Assembly (NCBI GenBank): GCA_028286565.1
Contig: JAQBRH010000002.1
Location: forward strand, 17,876 to 81,875
DNA from: Parcubacteria group bacterium
Lineage (GTDB): Bacteria; Patescibacteriota; Minisyncoccia; Phycocordibacterales; Zambryskibacteraceae
DNA length: 64,000 bases
Reading direction: 5' to 3'
Shown: positions 36,864 through 47,030 of the stretch, one piece after another
How the letters are laid out: the number at the start of each line of letters is the position of its first letter
How positions within the stretch are numbered: the stretch's first letter is position 1
The notes under the pieces: model-generated
Seen by the model: only the letters and a program-made list of their open reading frames with translations
The model's database searches: none
What the model was told of the DNA's origin: nothing
Made by a program: the position numbers and the translations under genes

Positions 36864-38565
36864 ACAATTCCTTCGCAACTTTAAAAAACGATTTCGCAGG
36901 CAATATCAGGACATCAATCCCGAGGATATTTTCCTTGATTCGGCAAACTTGCCCGGGTTCGCCGAACACCGCTTTGAGGGGCGCATCGAAAAGCCGATCT
37001 CCGAACGCACGTTCTTTGTTTTGAAATGCGTCCTCTGTATCGTCGTCTTCCTTTTTTGTATAAAGCTCTGGAACCTTCAGATCCACAAGGGAACCGCCTA
37101 TGCGGAAGTTTCCGAGAATAACCGCCTGGCGCACACGCTTATCTTTGCCAATCGCGGCCTCATCTATGACCGCAATAAAGTCGAACTCGCAACGAACGCG
37201 GTCAAGGATGACGCCTCCGGATTTTCCTCTCGCCTCTATCCGCCCGTCGAAGGCTTGGCGCACGTCGTCGGGTATCTCAAATATCCGGCCAAGGATTCTT
37301 CCGGACATTTCTACGAAGAAGCATACAAAGGCCAGGCCGGGGTCGAGAAGGTCTACAACGATTCTTTATCCGGCAAGAACGGATTGAAGATCACGGAGAC
37401 CGACGCCTTGGGCAAAGTGGTATCCGAGAGCGTCATTGAAAAGCCTGAAGACGGGAACGACCTCACTCTCTCGATCGACTCGCGCTTCAACATCGAGCTC
37501 TACAAGGCCATCGCCAACATCGCTCATACACGAGGATTTACGGGCGGAGCCGGGGTGGTCATGGATGTGGAAACCGGAGAGATCCTCGCCCTGACGAGCT
37601 ATCCGGAGTATAACCAAAACATAGTGACGGAAGGCGCTGACCGCAAGGCTATTTCCGAACTTTTCACTTCCAAAGATCAGCCGTTCCTCGATCGGGCGAC
37701 GAGCGGCCTCTATACGCCGGGTTCGATCGTCAAGCCGATCATGGGCCTCGCGGCCTTGAACGAAGGAGTGATCGACGCGAATAAGCAGATCCTGTCGACG
37801 GGTTCGATCAGCGTCCCCAATCCGTATGACAAGACCAAGCCTTCAATATTTAGGGACTGGAAGGCCCTCGGCTGGGTGGATCTGAAGGACGCTCTGGCCG
37901 TTTCTTCGGACGTGTATTTCTACGAGGTCGGAGGAGGCTTCGAAGGCCAGAAAGGCATCGGCATCAATGCCATAGACAAATATTATGAACTCTTCGGCAT
38001 GACCGAGAAGACGGGGATCGACCTGCCGGGCGAGAGCGCGGGCGTCATCCCGAGCCCCGAGTGGAAGAAAGAAAATTTCAACGGAGAACCGTGGCGCCTC
38101 GGGGACACCTACATCACCTCGATCGGCCAATACGGCACTCAGGTGACCGCCCTGGAAGCGGTGCGATGGGTTGGAGCGATCGCGAACGGGGGCAAGCTCT
38201 TGGTCCCAAGCGTCGTAATTGGAGGGAAGCCGGCGACGGAGAGGGTATTCAGAACGATCGACCTCCCGTATCAAACGTGGCAGACCGTCCGGGACGGCAT
38301 GAGGCAGGGAGTGACGACTGGTATCGTCACCGCGCTCAACCACCCGGCGGTAGCCTTTGCAGCGAAGACCGGTACGGCCGAGCTCGGAGTGACAAAGCAG
38401 CTCGTGAACTCGTGGTCGACCGGCTTTTGGCCATACGACCATCCGCGCTACGCCTTCGCTGTATTAATGGAAAAGGGGGACAGGAACAACACCGTCGGAG
38501 CGACCTATGCGATGCAGGAAGTAGAGAACTGGATGATCATAAACGCCCCGGAGTATTTGAAATAG
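36856..38565 (+). CDS. mrdA: Penicillin-binding protein 2
   Basis: RG.IYDRN, SIVK (SxxK), SSD (SxN variant), KTGTAE. Confidence 0.9.
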   Translation: MHKQFLRNFKKRFRRQYQDINPEDIFLDSANLPGFAEHRFEGRIEKPISERTFFVLKCVLCIVVFLFCIKLWNLQIHKGTAYAEVSENNRLAHTLIFANRGLIYDRNKVELATNAVKDDASGFSSRLYPPVEGLAHVVGYLKYPAKDSSGHFYEEAYKGQAGVEKVYNDSLSGKNGLKITETDALGKVVSESVIEKPEDGNDLTLSIDSRFNIELYKAIANIAHTRGFTGGAGVVMDVETGEILALTSYPEYNQNIVTEGADRKAISELFTSKDQPFLDRATSGLYTPGSIVKPIMGLAALNEGVIDANKQILSTGSISVPNPYDKTKPSIFRDWKALGWVDLKDALAVSSDVYFYEVGGGFEGQKGIGINAIDKYYELFGMTEKTGIDLPGESAGVIPSPEWKKENFNGEPWRLGDTYITSIGQYGTQVTALEAVRWVGAIANGGKLLVPSVVIGGKPATERVFRTIDLPYQTWQTVRDGMRQGVTTGIVTALNHPAVAFAAKTGTAELGVTKQLVNSWSTGFWPYDHPRYAFAVLMEKGDRNNTVGATYAMQEVENWMIINAPEYLK

Positions 38566-38655
38566 CATTCCTTGCTTTTTTGACAATGCGTGATATAATA
38601 CAAAAAGAGTCAAAAGCTGTTCTTGTGGTCTCATAGTCCTTTTCAGGAGATGATC

Positions 38656-39015
38656 ATGCGTTTCTCGATCCTTGCAATGCTGGTGATCACTGCGTGCTCA
38701 CGGGCATCCATGGTAGAGCCTGTGGCGCCGACACCTGGACCCGTTCTCGAAATGAACTTCAATGGTCAGAAGGGGATGAGGACCCTCACGGTCCGGGGCG
38801 AGCCCTTTACCTTTGGATGGGTTTCCTCCCGAGCGACATCCTGCGAGATGGTTACGCCCGTACGTTCAGGTCTCAGCCTCGTCGGCCACAGTGCGTCGAT
38901 TTCTCCCGATCACAATTTTTACCCGGCCAAGGGAAAGCCGGTGACGTTCACGATTTTCTGCAAGGATGGAGAAGCTGTGGTCCGAGATTCCGTTCTTGCG
39001 TACAAAGGATCATGA
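38656..39015 (+). CDS. Small putative lipoprotein
   Basis: AGGAG SD; MRFSILAMLVITAC lipobox; WxS..A..C...FTI.C beta-sandwich; hairpin 39023-39047. Confidence 0.65.
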   Translation: MRFSILAMLVITACSRASMVEPVAPTPGPVLEMNFNGQKGMRTLTVRGEPFTFGWVSSRATSCEMVTPVRSGLSLVGHSASISPDHNFYPAKGKPVTFTIFCKDGEAVVRDSVLAYKGS

Positions 39016-39164
39016 TCCCAAAGCCCCGCCGGGTTACCGGCGGGGCATGCCTCCAGCACATGTTGCTGGTTTTTTTATACCATTATCCCAAAATTAGTGG
39101 GGTTGATTTTCAGTTGAGTTTGAGGTATTATACGCGCCATAAAACAGTGCGATAAAGAGACCAC

Positions 39165-39632
39165 ATGAACGACAACCACGAATATCTGACTCAGGCAAAA
39201 TTCGACCAATTCAAGGCCGAACTTGAGAACTTGAAGACGAACAAGCGCCGCGAGATCGCCGAAGCTCTCGCCTATGCTTCATCTCTTGGAGACAAATCAG
39301 AGAACGCCGAATATCATGAAGCTAGAGATTCTCAGGCTCACGTCGAAGACCGCATCAACCACCTCGAAGCCGTATTAAAGAACGCCTCGATCGTTTCTAC
39401 GCACGATACGAACACTGTCACCGTCGGCTCGGTCATCACCATCTCAAAGAACGGCGTCGCCGACCGCAGGCACTACACCATCGTCGGTTCAGAAGAAGCC
39501 GATGCGATGAGCGGGAAGATCTCTACCAAATCTCCTTTGGGCTCAGCCGCTCTCGGCAAGTCAAAGGGCGAATCATTCTCCTTTCAAACTCCGCAGGGCA
39601 TGGCCAACTGCGTTATTCTCGAAATAGAATAG
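39165..39632 (+). CDS. greA: Transcription elongation factor GreA
   Basis: GDKSENAEY, IS..SPLG.A. Confidence 0.95.
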   Translation: MNDNHEYLTQAKFDQFKAELENLKTNKRREIAEALAYASSLGDKSENAEYHEARDSQAHVEDRINHLEAVLKNASIVSTHDTNTVTVGSVITISKNGVADRRHYTIVGSEEADAMSGKISTKSPLGSAALGKSKGESFSFQTPQGMANCVILEIE

Positions 39633-39677
39633 ACGTAATCCCTCGCCGAGAACCTCGAAAGCTAGTATTCTAGACAT

Positions 39678-41147
39678 ATGGCATCCATAGAAGAAATTCG
39701 CGACGGTCGGCTTCAAAAACTCCAACTCCTGGCCGATAAAGGCATCGAAGCGTATCCGGCCTCAGCCACAGCTTCTCTCACTAACGCAGAAGCGGTAGAA
39801 AAGTTCGAAACTCTCAAGGACAATGAGCCGGTCACGCTGGTCGGACGCATCCTCTCGCTCCGCGCACAAGGCAAGATCATCTTCATCACCTTCGACGACG
39901 GCACGGCGAGATTTCAAGCGCTCCTCAAATCCGGTGAACCGCTTCCGGAAGAAGATTTCGAGCTGTTTCAAAACGCCTTTGATATAGGAGACTTCGTCGA
40001 GATCCGCGGCGTGCTCTTTTTGACAAAGAGGGAAGAGAGAACCGTCCTCGCCGAATCGGTTCGCATGCTCGCCAAGTCCTTGCGCCCGCTCCCGGAGAAG
40101 TGGCACGGCCTCGCGGATACCGAAGAGCGTTTTAGAAAGCGCTACCTTGACCTCATCTCCAATCCGGAAGTGAAGGAGCGTTTTATCCTGCGCTCAAAGC
40201 TCATCACGGAGATCCGCCGCATCCTCGACGACGCCGGATACCTAGAAGTGGAGACGCCGGCCCTTCAGCCGATCTATGGAGGCGCGTCGGCCGAACCGTT
40301 CGTCACGCATCACAATGCGCTCGACACAGACCTCTACCTCCGCATCTCGGACGAACTTTATTTGAAGCGGCTCTTGGCCGGAGGATTTCCCAAGGTCTAC
40401 GAGATCGCCCGGGACTTTAGGAACGAAGGCATCGACCACACTCACAACCCCGAGTTCACCATGCTCGAATTCTACGAAGCCTATTCGGATGCTCCTCGGC
40501 AGATGCAGTTCGTCGAGACGATGATGAAGACACTCGTGAAGAAGCTATTTAATAAAGACACGGTCGAATGGGAAGGCGAAGTGATCGACTTTGAGAGCGA
40601 CTTTGAAGTTGTCCGCTATTTTGAACTTTTGGAGCGATATGCAGGCATCACAAATCCGGCCACGGCCACGGAGAAAGATCTCCGAGAAAAGGCGCTCGAG
40701 CTCGGGATCGAGTTGTCGCCCGCCGATTCGTATTACAAAGTGATGGACAATATCTATAAGAAAGCCTGCAGGCCGAAACTGATCCAGCCGACCTTCATCA
40801 TCGATTATCCGCAGGACTACCTTCCACTCGCGAAGAAGAAGGCCGGAGAAGAGGGGATCGTCGAAGCCTTCCAGCTCGTCATCGGAGGCACAGAATTGGT
40901 AAAAGCCTTTTCAGAACTTAACGACCCGATCGATCAGAGGTCTCGCTTTGAAGCCCAGGAGAAATTCAAAGAAGAAGGGGAGAAGGACGCGCAGATCCTC
41001 GACGAAGACTTCATTGAAGCCATGGAACACGGTATTCCTCCGGCTGGCGGCGTCGGCATAGGCATCGACCGTCTCGCCATGCTCTTTACGAATACTCATA
41101 ACATCAAAGAGGTGATCTTGTTTCCGACCCTCCGCCCGAAGAACTAA
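39678..41147 (+). CDS. lysS: Lysine--tRNA ligase (class II)
   Basis: LPEKWHGL, R.RYLDL, FRNEG...HNPEFTMLEFY, GIGIDRL. Confidence 0.97.
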   Translation: MASIEEIRDGRLQKLQLLADKGIEAYPASATASLTNAEAVEKFETLKDNEPVTLVGRILSLRAQGKIIFITFDDGTARFQALLKSGEPLPEEDFELFQNAFDIGDFVEIRGVLFLTKREERTVLAESVRMLAKSLRPLPEKWHGLADTEERFRKRYLDLISNPEVKERFILRSKLITEIRRILDDAGYLEVETPALQPIYGGASAEPFVTHHNALDTDLYLRISDELYLKRLLAGGFPKVYEIARDFRNEGIDHTHNPEFTMLEFYEAYSDAPRQMQFVETMMKTLVKKLFNKDTVEWEGEVIDFESDFEVVRYFELLERYAGITNPATATEKDLREKALELGIELSPADSYYKVMDNIYKKACRPKLIQPTFIIDYPQDYLPLAKKKAGEEGIVEAFQLVIGGTELVKAFSELNDPIDQRSRFEAQEKFKEEGEKDAQILDEDFIEAMEHGIPPAGGVGIGIDRLAMLFTNTHNIKEVILFPTLRPKN

Positions 41148-41205
41148 TTGACTTTTTAATATTTTGTGCTAGTGTTTAGATAGAACCTCAACCAGGAGCC
41201 GTTTC

Positions 41206-41505
41206 GTGCCCCAGCTCAAATCATTTGAAGTTTTCTCGCAAAACAGACCTCTCGGGGAGTTGAAAGACCACGAGTGGAATGGACGGACCGTTCTGTGTGC
41301 TCAGTGCCATACTGGCAGTGTGCCGTATGGTCTCATCATCGGCTTTCGAGTCGAGGAGAAAAATCCGGACGAGAAACCCGGAGATGTCATCAAGATCCTC
41401 GCGCTCGATGAGAAGCGGGGAGATTCAGAGGAGCAGGCCCTGATCGGAGAACTGACCCGGTTCTTCTCGAGGATCCTGGACGGGCGGATCATTTTCTACT
41501 GGTAG
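41206..41505 (+). CDS. Hypothetical protein
   Basis: Own promoter (TTGACT...TGcTAGTGT) and AGGAG SD. Confidence 0.6.
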   Translation: MPQLKSFEVFSQNRPLGELKDHEWNGRTVLCAQCHTGSVPYGLIIGFRVEEKNPDEKPGDVIKILALDEKRGDSEEQALIGELTRFFSRILDGRIIFYW

Positions 41506-41534
41506 CACCTTCACAACTTCTTTAGGAGTTAGCG

Positions 41535-42113
41535 ATGAATCTCTACACGATCCTCGGGTCGGGGATAGGGTTCACACTCTATCTCTGCTTTGCCTGGCAA
41601 GTTCGGCGTAAGAGCCTTCCATTGAGCATGGCCACGTTTCTGTTGTGGGGCATACTCGATGCGATCAACGCGATCTCTACCTACCGGAAGGATGGCGCCT
41701 GGCTTTTGCCGGTCATGTATTCGATCGGGGGTCTCTTGATCTGCCGAGAGCTGTGGCTTAAGCGGCTGATAAAGTGGACATGGTTCGAGTCGCTCATTAC
41801 CGGGCTCGTTCTGGTGTGCCTTATCGGCTGGGCATATTCGGGCGACAGGACGGCAATTATTCTGTCCGGGGTCAGTGTGTTCTTGGCCGGGTTGCCCCAA
41901 TGCATGGATTCACTCGAAATGCCGGCTGAACAGCCGCTGGGGTTGTATGCCGGATTCTTCGCCGCGAATGGCCTAGCCATGATGGGCGGTACAGAGTGGA
42001 GTGTTGAACAGATGCTGTACTCGACGCTCTGTTTCGGCATCACGATCCTCGTTGTCCTGCCGCTCATGTTGGATCGGATCAAGCGCAGAGTCCCATTCAG
42101 GGAATGGATCTAG
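41535..42113 (+). CDS. Multi-TM membrane protein (PQ-loop-like)
   Basis: About 7 TM, LPQ motif, AGGAG SD; hairpin 42135-42154. Confidence 0.7.
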   Translation: MNLYTILGSGIGFTLYLCFAWQVRRKSLPLSMATFLLWGILDAINAISTYRKDGAWLLPVMYSIGGLLICRELWLKRLIKWTWFESLITGLVLVCLIGWAYSGDRTAIILSGVSVFLAGLPQCMDSLEMPAEQPLGLYAGFFAANGLAMMGGTEWSVEQMLYSTLCFGITILVVLPLMLDRIKRRVPFREWI

Positions 42114-42227
42114 TAGAAGAAGTTGTTTTTGTACGCCCCGACTACGGTCGGGGCTTCTTCATACCCAAAACTGCAAAACAGATAGGGGAAGATGGCAAGA
42201 GGAAAAGTGGATAACTCGGCTGGTAGA

Positions 42228-42274
42228 GTGGATGGTGGTGGGATACAATTTCATACGAGTGGGAGAAAGTGGGA
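42228..42274 (+). promoter_or_regulatory. MraZ operator repeats flanking -10 (TACAAT)
   Basis: GTGG[A/G] at 42228, 42238, 42259, 42269 (10-nt spacing within pairs). Confidence 0.75.
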
Positions 42275-42275
42275 A

Positions 42276-42294
42276 TGGTTCGACAAGCTCACCA
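42276..42294 (+). repeat. REP-like element in mraZ leader
   Basis: TGGTTCGACAAGCTCACCA. Confidence 0.65.
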
Positions 42295-42315
42295 CAAGAC
42301 AGAAAAATCATATAC

Positions 42316-42750
42316 ATGTTCATAGGCGAGTACACACATACGGTAGACGAGAAAAAAAGGATCTCTCTGCCTTCCAAGTTCAAAGCCGAACTTGGGAAAA
42401 AGGTCGTCGTCACTCGCGGACTCGATAACTGTCTTTTCCTCTTCCCTCACAAGACCTGGGCTCTGATAGCCGCGGAGATGTCCAAATTGGATGTGAAGCA
42501 GGCGGATGCACGAGGCTTCTCGCGCTTCATGTTCTCCGGGGCATCGGAGATAGATGTGGATTCGATGGGAAGGATCTTGATACCGGATTATTTGCGGGAA
42601 TTCGGGGATCTTAAAACGCCGGTCGTCTTTGCGGGAGTTTCGGATCGGATCGAGATCTGGAACGAGCGACGATGGGATACCTATAAGAAGCGCATCGAAT
42701 CTCAGGCGGACATGATGGCCGAAAAGCTCGGCTCGATAGGGATACGATAA
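42316..42750 (+). CDS. mraZ: Transcriptional regulator MraZ
   Basis: MFIGEY.H.VDEKKR, D.MGRILIP, RIEIW. Confidence 0.95.
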   Translation: MFIGEYTHTVDEKKRISLPSKFKAELGKKVVVTRGLDNCLFLFPHKTWALIAAEMSKLDVKQADARGFSRFMFSGASEIDVDSMGRILIPDYLREFGDLKTPVVFAGVSDRIEIWNERRWDTYKKRIESQADMMAEKLGSIGIR

Positions 42751-43661
42751 TGACGCCCTTCGATATGACTCAGGGTAAACACGTCTCAGTTCTTTTGAAC
42801 GAATCGATCGATCTGCTGGACCTTGAGGAAGGAGACATCTTCCTCGACGGCACTCTCGGAGCGGGAGGGCACAGCGCCCTCGTTGCCGAGCGATTCCACG
42901 ACGCGGTAGAGATCATCGGTCTCGACCGCGACCCGGAAGCCCTGAAGAGAAGTGAAGAGAGGTTGCGGACTCTCACCACTTCGGCCTTTTTCCGACAGGA
43001 AAGCTTCAAAAATCTTGATCAGGTACTCGAAGCTCTCGGCGTCGGAAAAGTGAACGGCATTCTTCTTGATCTGGGGATCTCTTCGGATCAGCTGGATGCC
43101 GAAGGCAGGGGGTTCTCGTTCCTCAGGGATGAGCCCCTCTCGATGAACATGGATCCGAACGATGCATCGGTGTCGGCGGAGCTCATCCTTAATACGTGGG
43201 ACGAAGAATCGATCGAGCTCATCATCCGAGGGTTTGGTGAAGAGAAGCTTTCTCGAAAGATCGCCCGAGAGATCGTAAGGAGACGCGAGATAAAGCCCTT
43301 CAAGACAACGTTTGATCTCCTCGAAGCTGTGGGAGCTGCCACTCCCGCTTCGGCCAAACGTTTCAAGATCCATCCGGCCACCCGAACATTTCAGGCCCTC
43401 AGAATTGCGGTCAACGGGGAACTCGCCGCTCTTGAAGAAGGCCTAGAAAAGGGATTCGAAGCTCTCGAATCGAACGGACGCATGGCGGTCATTTCCTTCC
43501 ACAGCCTTGAAGACAGGATCGTCAAGCAATTTTTCAAAGAGAAGGCCGAAAACGGGGCCGCCCGGCTCATCACCAAAAAGCCGATAACTCCGACCGACGA
43601 AGAGATAGAGAGAAATCCGCGCTCCAGAAGCGCAAAGCTGAGAGTCATTCAAAAGTTATAA
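42750..43661 (+). CDS. rsmH: 16S rRNA C1402 methyltransferase
   Basis: HVSVLL, DGTLGAGGHS, DLGISS.Q, HPATRTFQALRI, NPRSRSAKLR. Confidence 0.97.
   Translation: MTPFDMTQGKHVSVLLNESIDLLDLEEGDIFLDGTLGAGGHSALVAERFHDAVEIIGLDRDPEALKRSEERLRTLTTSAFFRQESFKNLDQVLEALGVGKVNGILLDLGISSDQLDAEGRGFSFLRDEPLSMNMDPNDASVSAELILNTWDEESIELIIRGFGEEKLSRKIAREIVRRREIKPFKTTFDLLEAVGAATPASAKRFKIHPATRTFQALRIAVNGELAALEEGLEKGFEALESNGRMAVISFHSLEDRIVKQFFKEKAENGAARLITKKPITPTDEEIERNPRSRSAKLRVIQKL
42756..42780 (+). repeat. REP-like element in frame within rsmH 5' end
   Basis: CCCTTCGATATGACTCAGGGTAAAC encodes PFDMTQGK. Confidence 0.7.
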
Positions 43662-43681
43662 GCACCTTTAGAGAGAACGAT

Positions 43682-43996
43682 ATGTATAAAACCAAAGCCC
43701 TTCAATATGATAATCGAGTCCGCATTTTTTGGACTCTTGTCTCTCTCTGCGTCGCGTCCCTTGCTCTCTATGTCTACGGGGTCAATGCGACCGTGCGCAA
43801 CACCGTGGTCCGCGCTCAGCTCGAGGCCGAAGCCTCGAATATCTCTGCGCACCTCGGCGAGATGGAATTTGCATACATCAGCTTAAAAAATAAGGTTTCG
43901 CTCGAAGTAGCCTATGCCCGGGGGTATCAGGATGTGGTGTCTCCGACCTTTATCTCTCGATCGAGCCGCTCACTCTCTCTGAATACTAAGCGATAG
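43682..43996 (+). CDS. ftsL: FtsL-like cell division protein
   Basis: TM plus coiled coil, A...G motif, between rsmH and ftsI. Confidence 0.65.
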   Translation: MYKTKALQYDNRVRIFWTLVSLCVASLALYVYGVNATVRNTVVRAQLEAEASNISAHLGEMEFAYISLKNKVSLEVAYARGYQDVVSPTFISRSSRSLSLNTKR

Positions 43997-43998
43997 TC

Positions 43999-45735
43999 AT
44001 GAAGGATGCTTCGCGGTTGCGCTTCCTCTCTGTCCTCGTCATACTCTTTGCCCTCGTGCTCATCGGGAGGCTGTATTTTGTCCAGATCGTTTCCGGTGCG
44101 ACATATAAAGACAAGGCCGAGCATCAATATGTCGCCGGGGCGAACTTCTTTGACCGCGGGTCCATATTCTTTAGCAGCAAGGATGGCACCTCCGTCCCTG
44201 CGGCCACGCTAAAGACCGGCTACACGCTCGCCATCAATCCCCAGATCCTCTCAAAGAGCGGAGACCTCGAAAGCATCTATGCCTCTCTGAATGCGATCGT
44301 GCCTTTGGACAAGACGGTCTTCATGCAGAAAGCAAAGAAGGACAAGGATCCGTATGAAGAGCTTCAAAACAGATTGCCGACGGATGTGGCCGACAAGATC
44401 GAAGCTCTAAAGATCAAAGGGCTATCCGTATATAGAGAAAAGTGGAGGATCTACCCAGGAGACAGCATGGCCGCCCATACGATCGGCTTCATCGGCTACA
44501 AGGGCGACGAGCTCGCCGGCCGCTACGGCCTTGAGCGCTTCTATGAGCCCGTGCTCAAGCGCTCGGGAGACGATGCGTTCGTGAACTTCTTCGCGGAGAT
44601 CTTTTCGAATATCCAGAAGTCGGTCACTCCGGGCGAGAGCCCCGAAGGCGATATCGTCACGACGATCGAACCGACCGTCGAATCCTTTCTCGAAGCGTCC
44701 CTGAAGAAAGTGAATGATACATATTCCTCGGATTTTACCGGAGGGATCGTCATCGATCCGAAAACAGGAGAGATCTATGCGATGGGTATGTATCCGACCT
44801 TCGATCCGAATGCTCCGCAGAAAGAAAAGAGCGCGGCCATATTCAGAAATCCGTTCGTTGAAGACCGCTACGAGATGGGCTCGATCATCAAGCCCTTGAC
44901 CATGGCCGCCGGGCTCGATTCGGGAGCGATCACTCCGCGCACTACGTACAACGACCCGGGCTGCCTCACCTTGAACAAGAAAACCTTCTGCAATTATGAC
45001 AACAAGTCGCACGGCTCGAACCTCCCGATGCAGATCATCCTCGACAAGTCGCTGAACACCGGAGTGTCCTTCGTCGTCAGCCGGATGGGGAATTCGGTCT
45101 TTACCGATTATATGTACAAATACGGCCTCGGCTCGACGACGGGGATCGATCTGCCGAACGAAGGGCATTCGCTCGTCTCGAACCTCAATTCTCCGCGCGA
45201 CCTCGAACACGCCCAGGCCTCCTTCGGCCAAGGCATCGCCCTGACGCCGATCGTCACCGTGCGCGCGCTTTCGGTCCTCGCGAACGGCGGCTACCTCATC
45301 ACTCCGCATTTGGCGAAGGAGATCGATTATAAGATTGGGACCAAAAAGACCATTACATACCCGAAGGGCGAACAGGTATTGAAGCCGGAGACGTCCGAAC
45401 AGATATCCCGCATGCTGACCGAAGTGGTCGATACCGCCCTGAAGAACGGACAGGTCAGGCTCCCGAACTATAGCGTGGCCGCAAAGACGGGTACGGCCCA
45501 GATCGCGAATGCCGGCGGATACTACGCGGATCGCTACCTCCATTCATTTTTCGGCTATTTCCCTTCGTATGATCCGAAATTCCTCGTTTTCCTTTATACG
45601 TACTATCCGAAGAACGTCCAATATGCCTCCGAAACCCTGACCGACACCTTTATCGACATCACCAAATTTCTGATAAACTACTACAATATCCCTCCGGACA
45701 GGGATGCCCCACCCCCTCCTACCGTTCAACTATGA
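43999..45735 (+). CDS. ftsI: Penicillin-binding protein 3 / FtsI
   Basis: SIIK, SLN, KTGTAQ; dcw synteny. Confidence 0.9.
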   Translation: MKDASRLRFLSVLVILFALVLIGRLYFVQIVSGATYKDKAEHQYVAGANFFDRGSIFFSSKDGTSVPAATLKTGYTLAINPQILSKSGDLESIYASLNAIVPLDKTVFMQKAKKDKDPYEELQNRLPTDVADKIEALKIKGLSVYREKWRIYPGDSMAAHTIGFIGYKGDELAGRYGLERFYEPVLKRSGDDAFVNFFAEIFSNIQKSVTPGESPEGDIVTTIEPTVESFLEASLKKVNDTYSSDFTGGIVIDPKTGEIYAMGMYPTFDPNAPQKEKSAAIFRNPFVEDRYEMGSIIKPLTMAAGLDSGAITPRTTYNDPGCLTLNKKTFCNYDNKSHGSNLPMQIILDKSLNTGVSFVVSRMGNSVFTDYMYKYGLGSTTGIDLPNEGHSLVSNLNSPRDLEHAQASFGQGIALTPIVTVRALSVLANGGYLITPHLAKEIDYKIGTKKTITYPKGEQVLKPETSEQISRMLTEVVDTALKNGQVRLPNYSVAAKTGTAQIANAGGYYADRYLHSFFGYFPSYDPKFLVFLYTYYPKNVQYASETLTDTFIDITKFLINYYNIPPDRDAPPPPTVQL

Positions 45736-47030
45736 AAGACCTCTTAAAACGCGCGGTGGTCCTCCTTCTCGAAAAGGAAGCCAAGCTCGCCCTCAAGAAA
45801 TACAAGCCCCGCATCGTGGCCATCACGGGCACCGTGGGCAAGACCTCGACCAAGGACGCCGTCTATACGGCGCTTTCGAGATTTTATTTTACGCGCACGG
45901 CGAAGAAAAGTTTTAATTCCGAATTCGGCGTACCACTCACCATTCTCGACCTGCCGACCGCGTGGTCGAGCCCTGTAGGCTGGATAAAGAATCTATTGAA
46001 CGGTCTTTCGCTTATTCTTTTGCCCAATGCCTACCCCGAGTGGCTCGTCCTTGAGGTCGGAGCCGATAAGCCGGGAGATATCAAATCTGTGACCGAATGG
46101 CTGAAGCCGGATATCACCGTCATCACCAAACTTTCAAAAGTGCCTGTGCACGTCGAAGCCTTTCCCTCCGTGGCAGATGTGTTCGAAGAAAAGGGGAATC
46201 TGGTGAAGGCTCTCAAGAGGGGAGGAACGCTCATTTTGAACGCCGACGACGAGGATGTCCTCGCCTACAAGAACCTGTCCGATGAAAAGGTCATCCTCTT
46301 CGGCAATTCTCCCGACGCAGACGTGAGCGCCCGGGGATATGAGGTTCTGTATGACGAGGACGGAGGAGCCCGAGGCATCACGTTCAAGGTAGTGAGCGAG
46401 GAGGAAGAATACCCGGTCTTCCTCGAAGGCACGCTCGGCGAACACCATGCCTATCATGTGCTTGCGGCTTTCGCCGTATGCAGGGCCCTCGGCGAACACC
46501 TCTCGATCGCCGCCAAAGCCTTCAAGAATCACGAGCCGACTCCCGGCCGCATGAGGATCATCAAGGGGGTTAAAAAGTCGCTCATCCTCGATGATACATA
46601 TAACTCATCTCCTGTGGCCGCCGTTGAGGCTCTGAATACGCTCCAAGCTCTTCCGCGAGCGAAACGAAAGATCGCCGTGCTCGGAGACATGCTTGAGCTC
46701 GGGAAGTTCTCCATCGACGAGCATAAGAAGGTCGGCCTTCTCGCCGCCTCCGCCGCGGACATCGTGGTGACCGTCGGCGTGCGTTCTCGATACACCGCCG
46801 AGGGCGCCCTTCAGGGAGGAATGAAAGAAGATCGCGTGCTGCAATTTGATGATTCGTACGAAGCCGGAGATTATATCCAAAATCTCATTCAAGAAGGCGA
46901 TGCTCTGCTCGTGAAAGGCTCGCAGGGAGTCCGCATGGAGAGAGTGGTCGAAGAGATCATGCTTCATCCTGAAGACAAAGAAACATTATTGGTCAGACAG
47001 GACGCCCAATGGAGAGAACGAAACAAATAA
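45732..47030 (+). CDS. murF: UDP-MurNAc-tripeptide:D-Ala-D-Ala ligase
   Basis: ITGTVGKTSTK, DDTYNSSP, LGDMLELG, LVKGS. Confidence 0.93.
   Translation: MKDLLKRAVVLLLEKEAKLALKKYKPRIVAITGTVGKTSTKDAVYTALSRFYFTRTAKKSFNSEFGVPLTILDLPTAWSSPVGWIKNLLNGLSLILLPNAYPEWLVLEVGADKPGDIKSVTEWLKPDITVITKLSKVPVHVEAFPSVADVFEEKGNLVKALKRGGTLILNADDEDVLAYKNLSDEKVILFGNSPDADVSARGYEVLYDEDGGARGITFKVVSEEEEYPVFLEGTLGEHHAYHVLAAFAVCRALGEHLSIAAKAFKNHEPTPGRMRIIKGVKKSLILDDTYNSSPVAAVEALNTLQALPRAKRKIAVLGDMLELGKFSIDEHKKVGLLAASAADIVVTVGVRSRYTAEGALQGGMKEDRVLQFDDSYEAGDYIQNLIQEGDALLVKGSQGVRMERVVEEIMLHPEDKETLLVRQDAQWRERNK

Noticed and set aside
44422-45543. 373-aa antisense ORF in ftsI (similarly 62938-63996, 29606-30271, 24459-25328)
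   Set aside because: Antisense shadows of well-supported genes, caused by codon bias.
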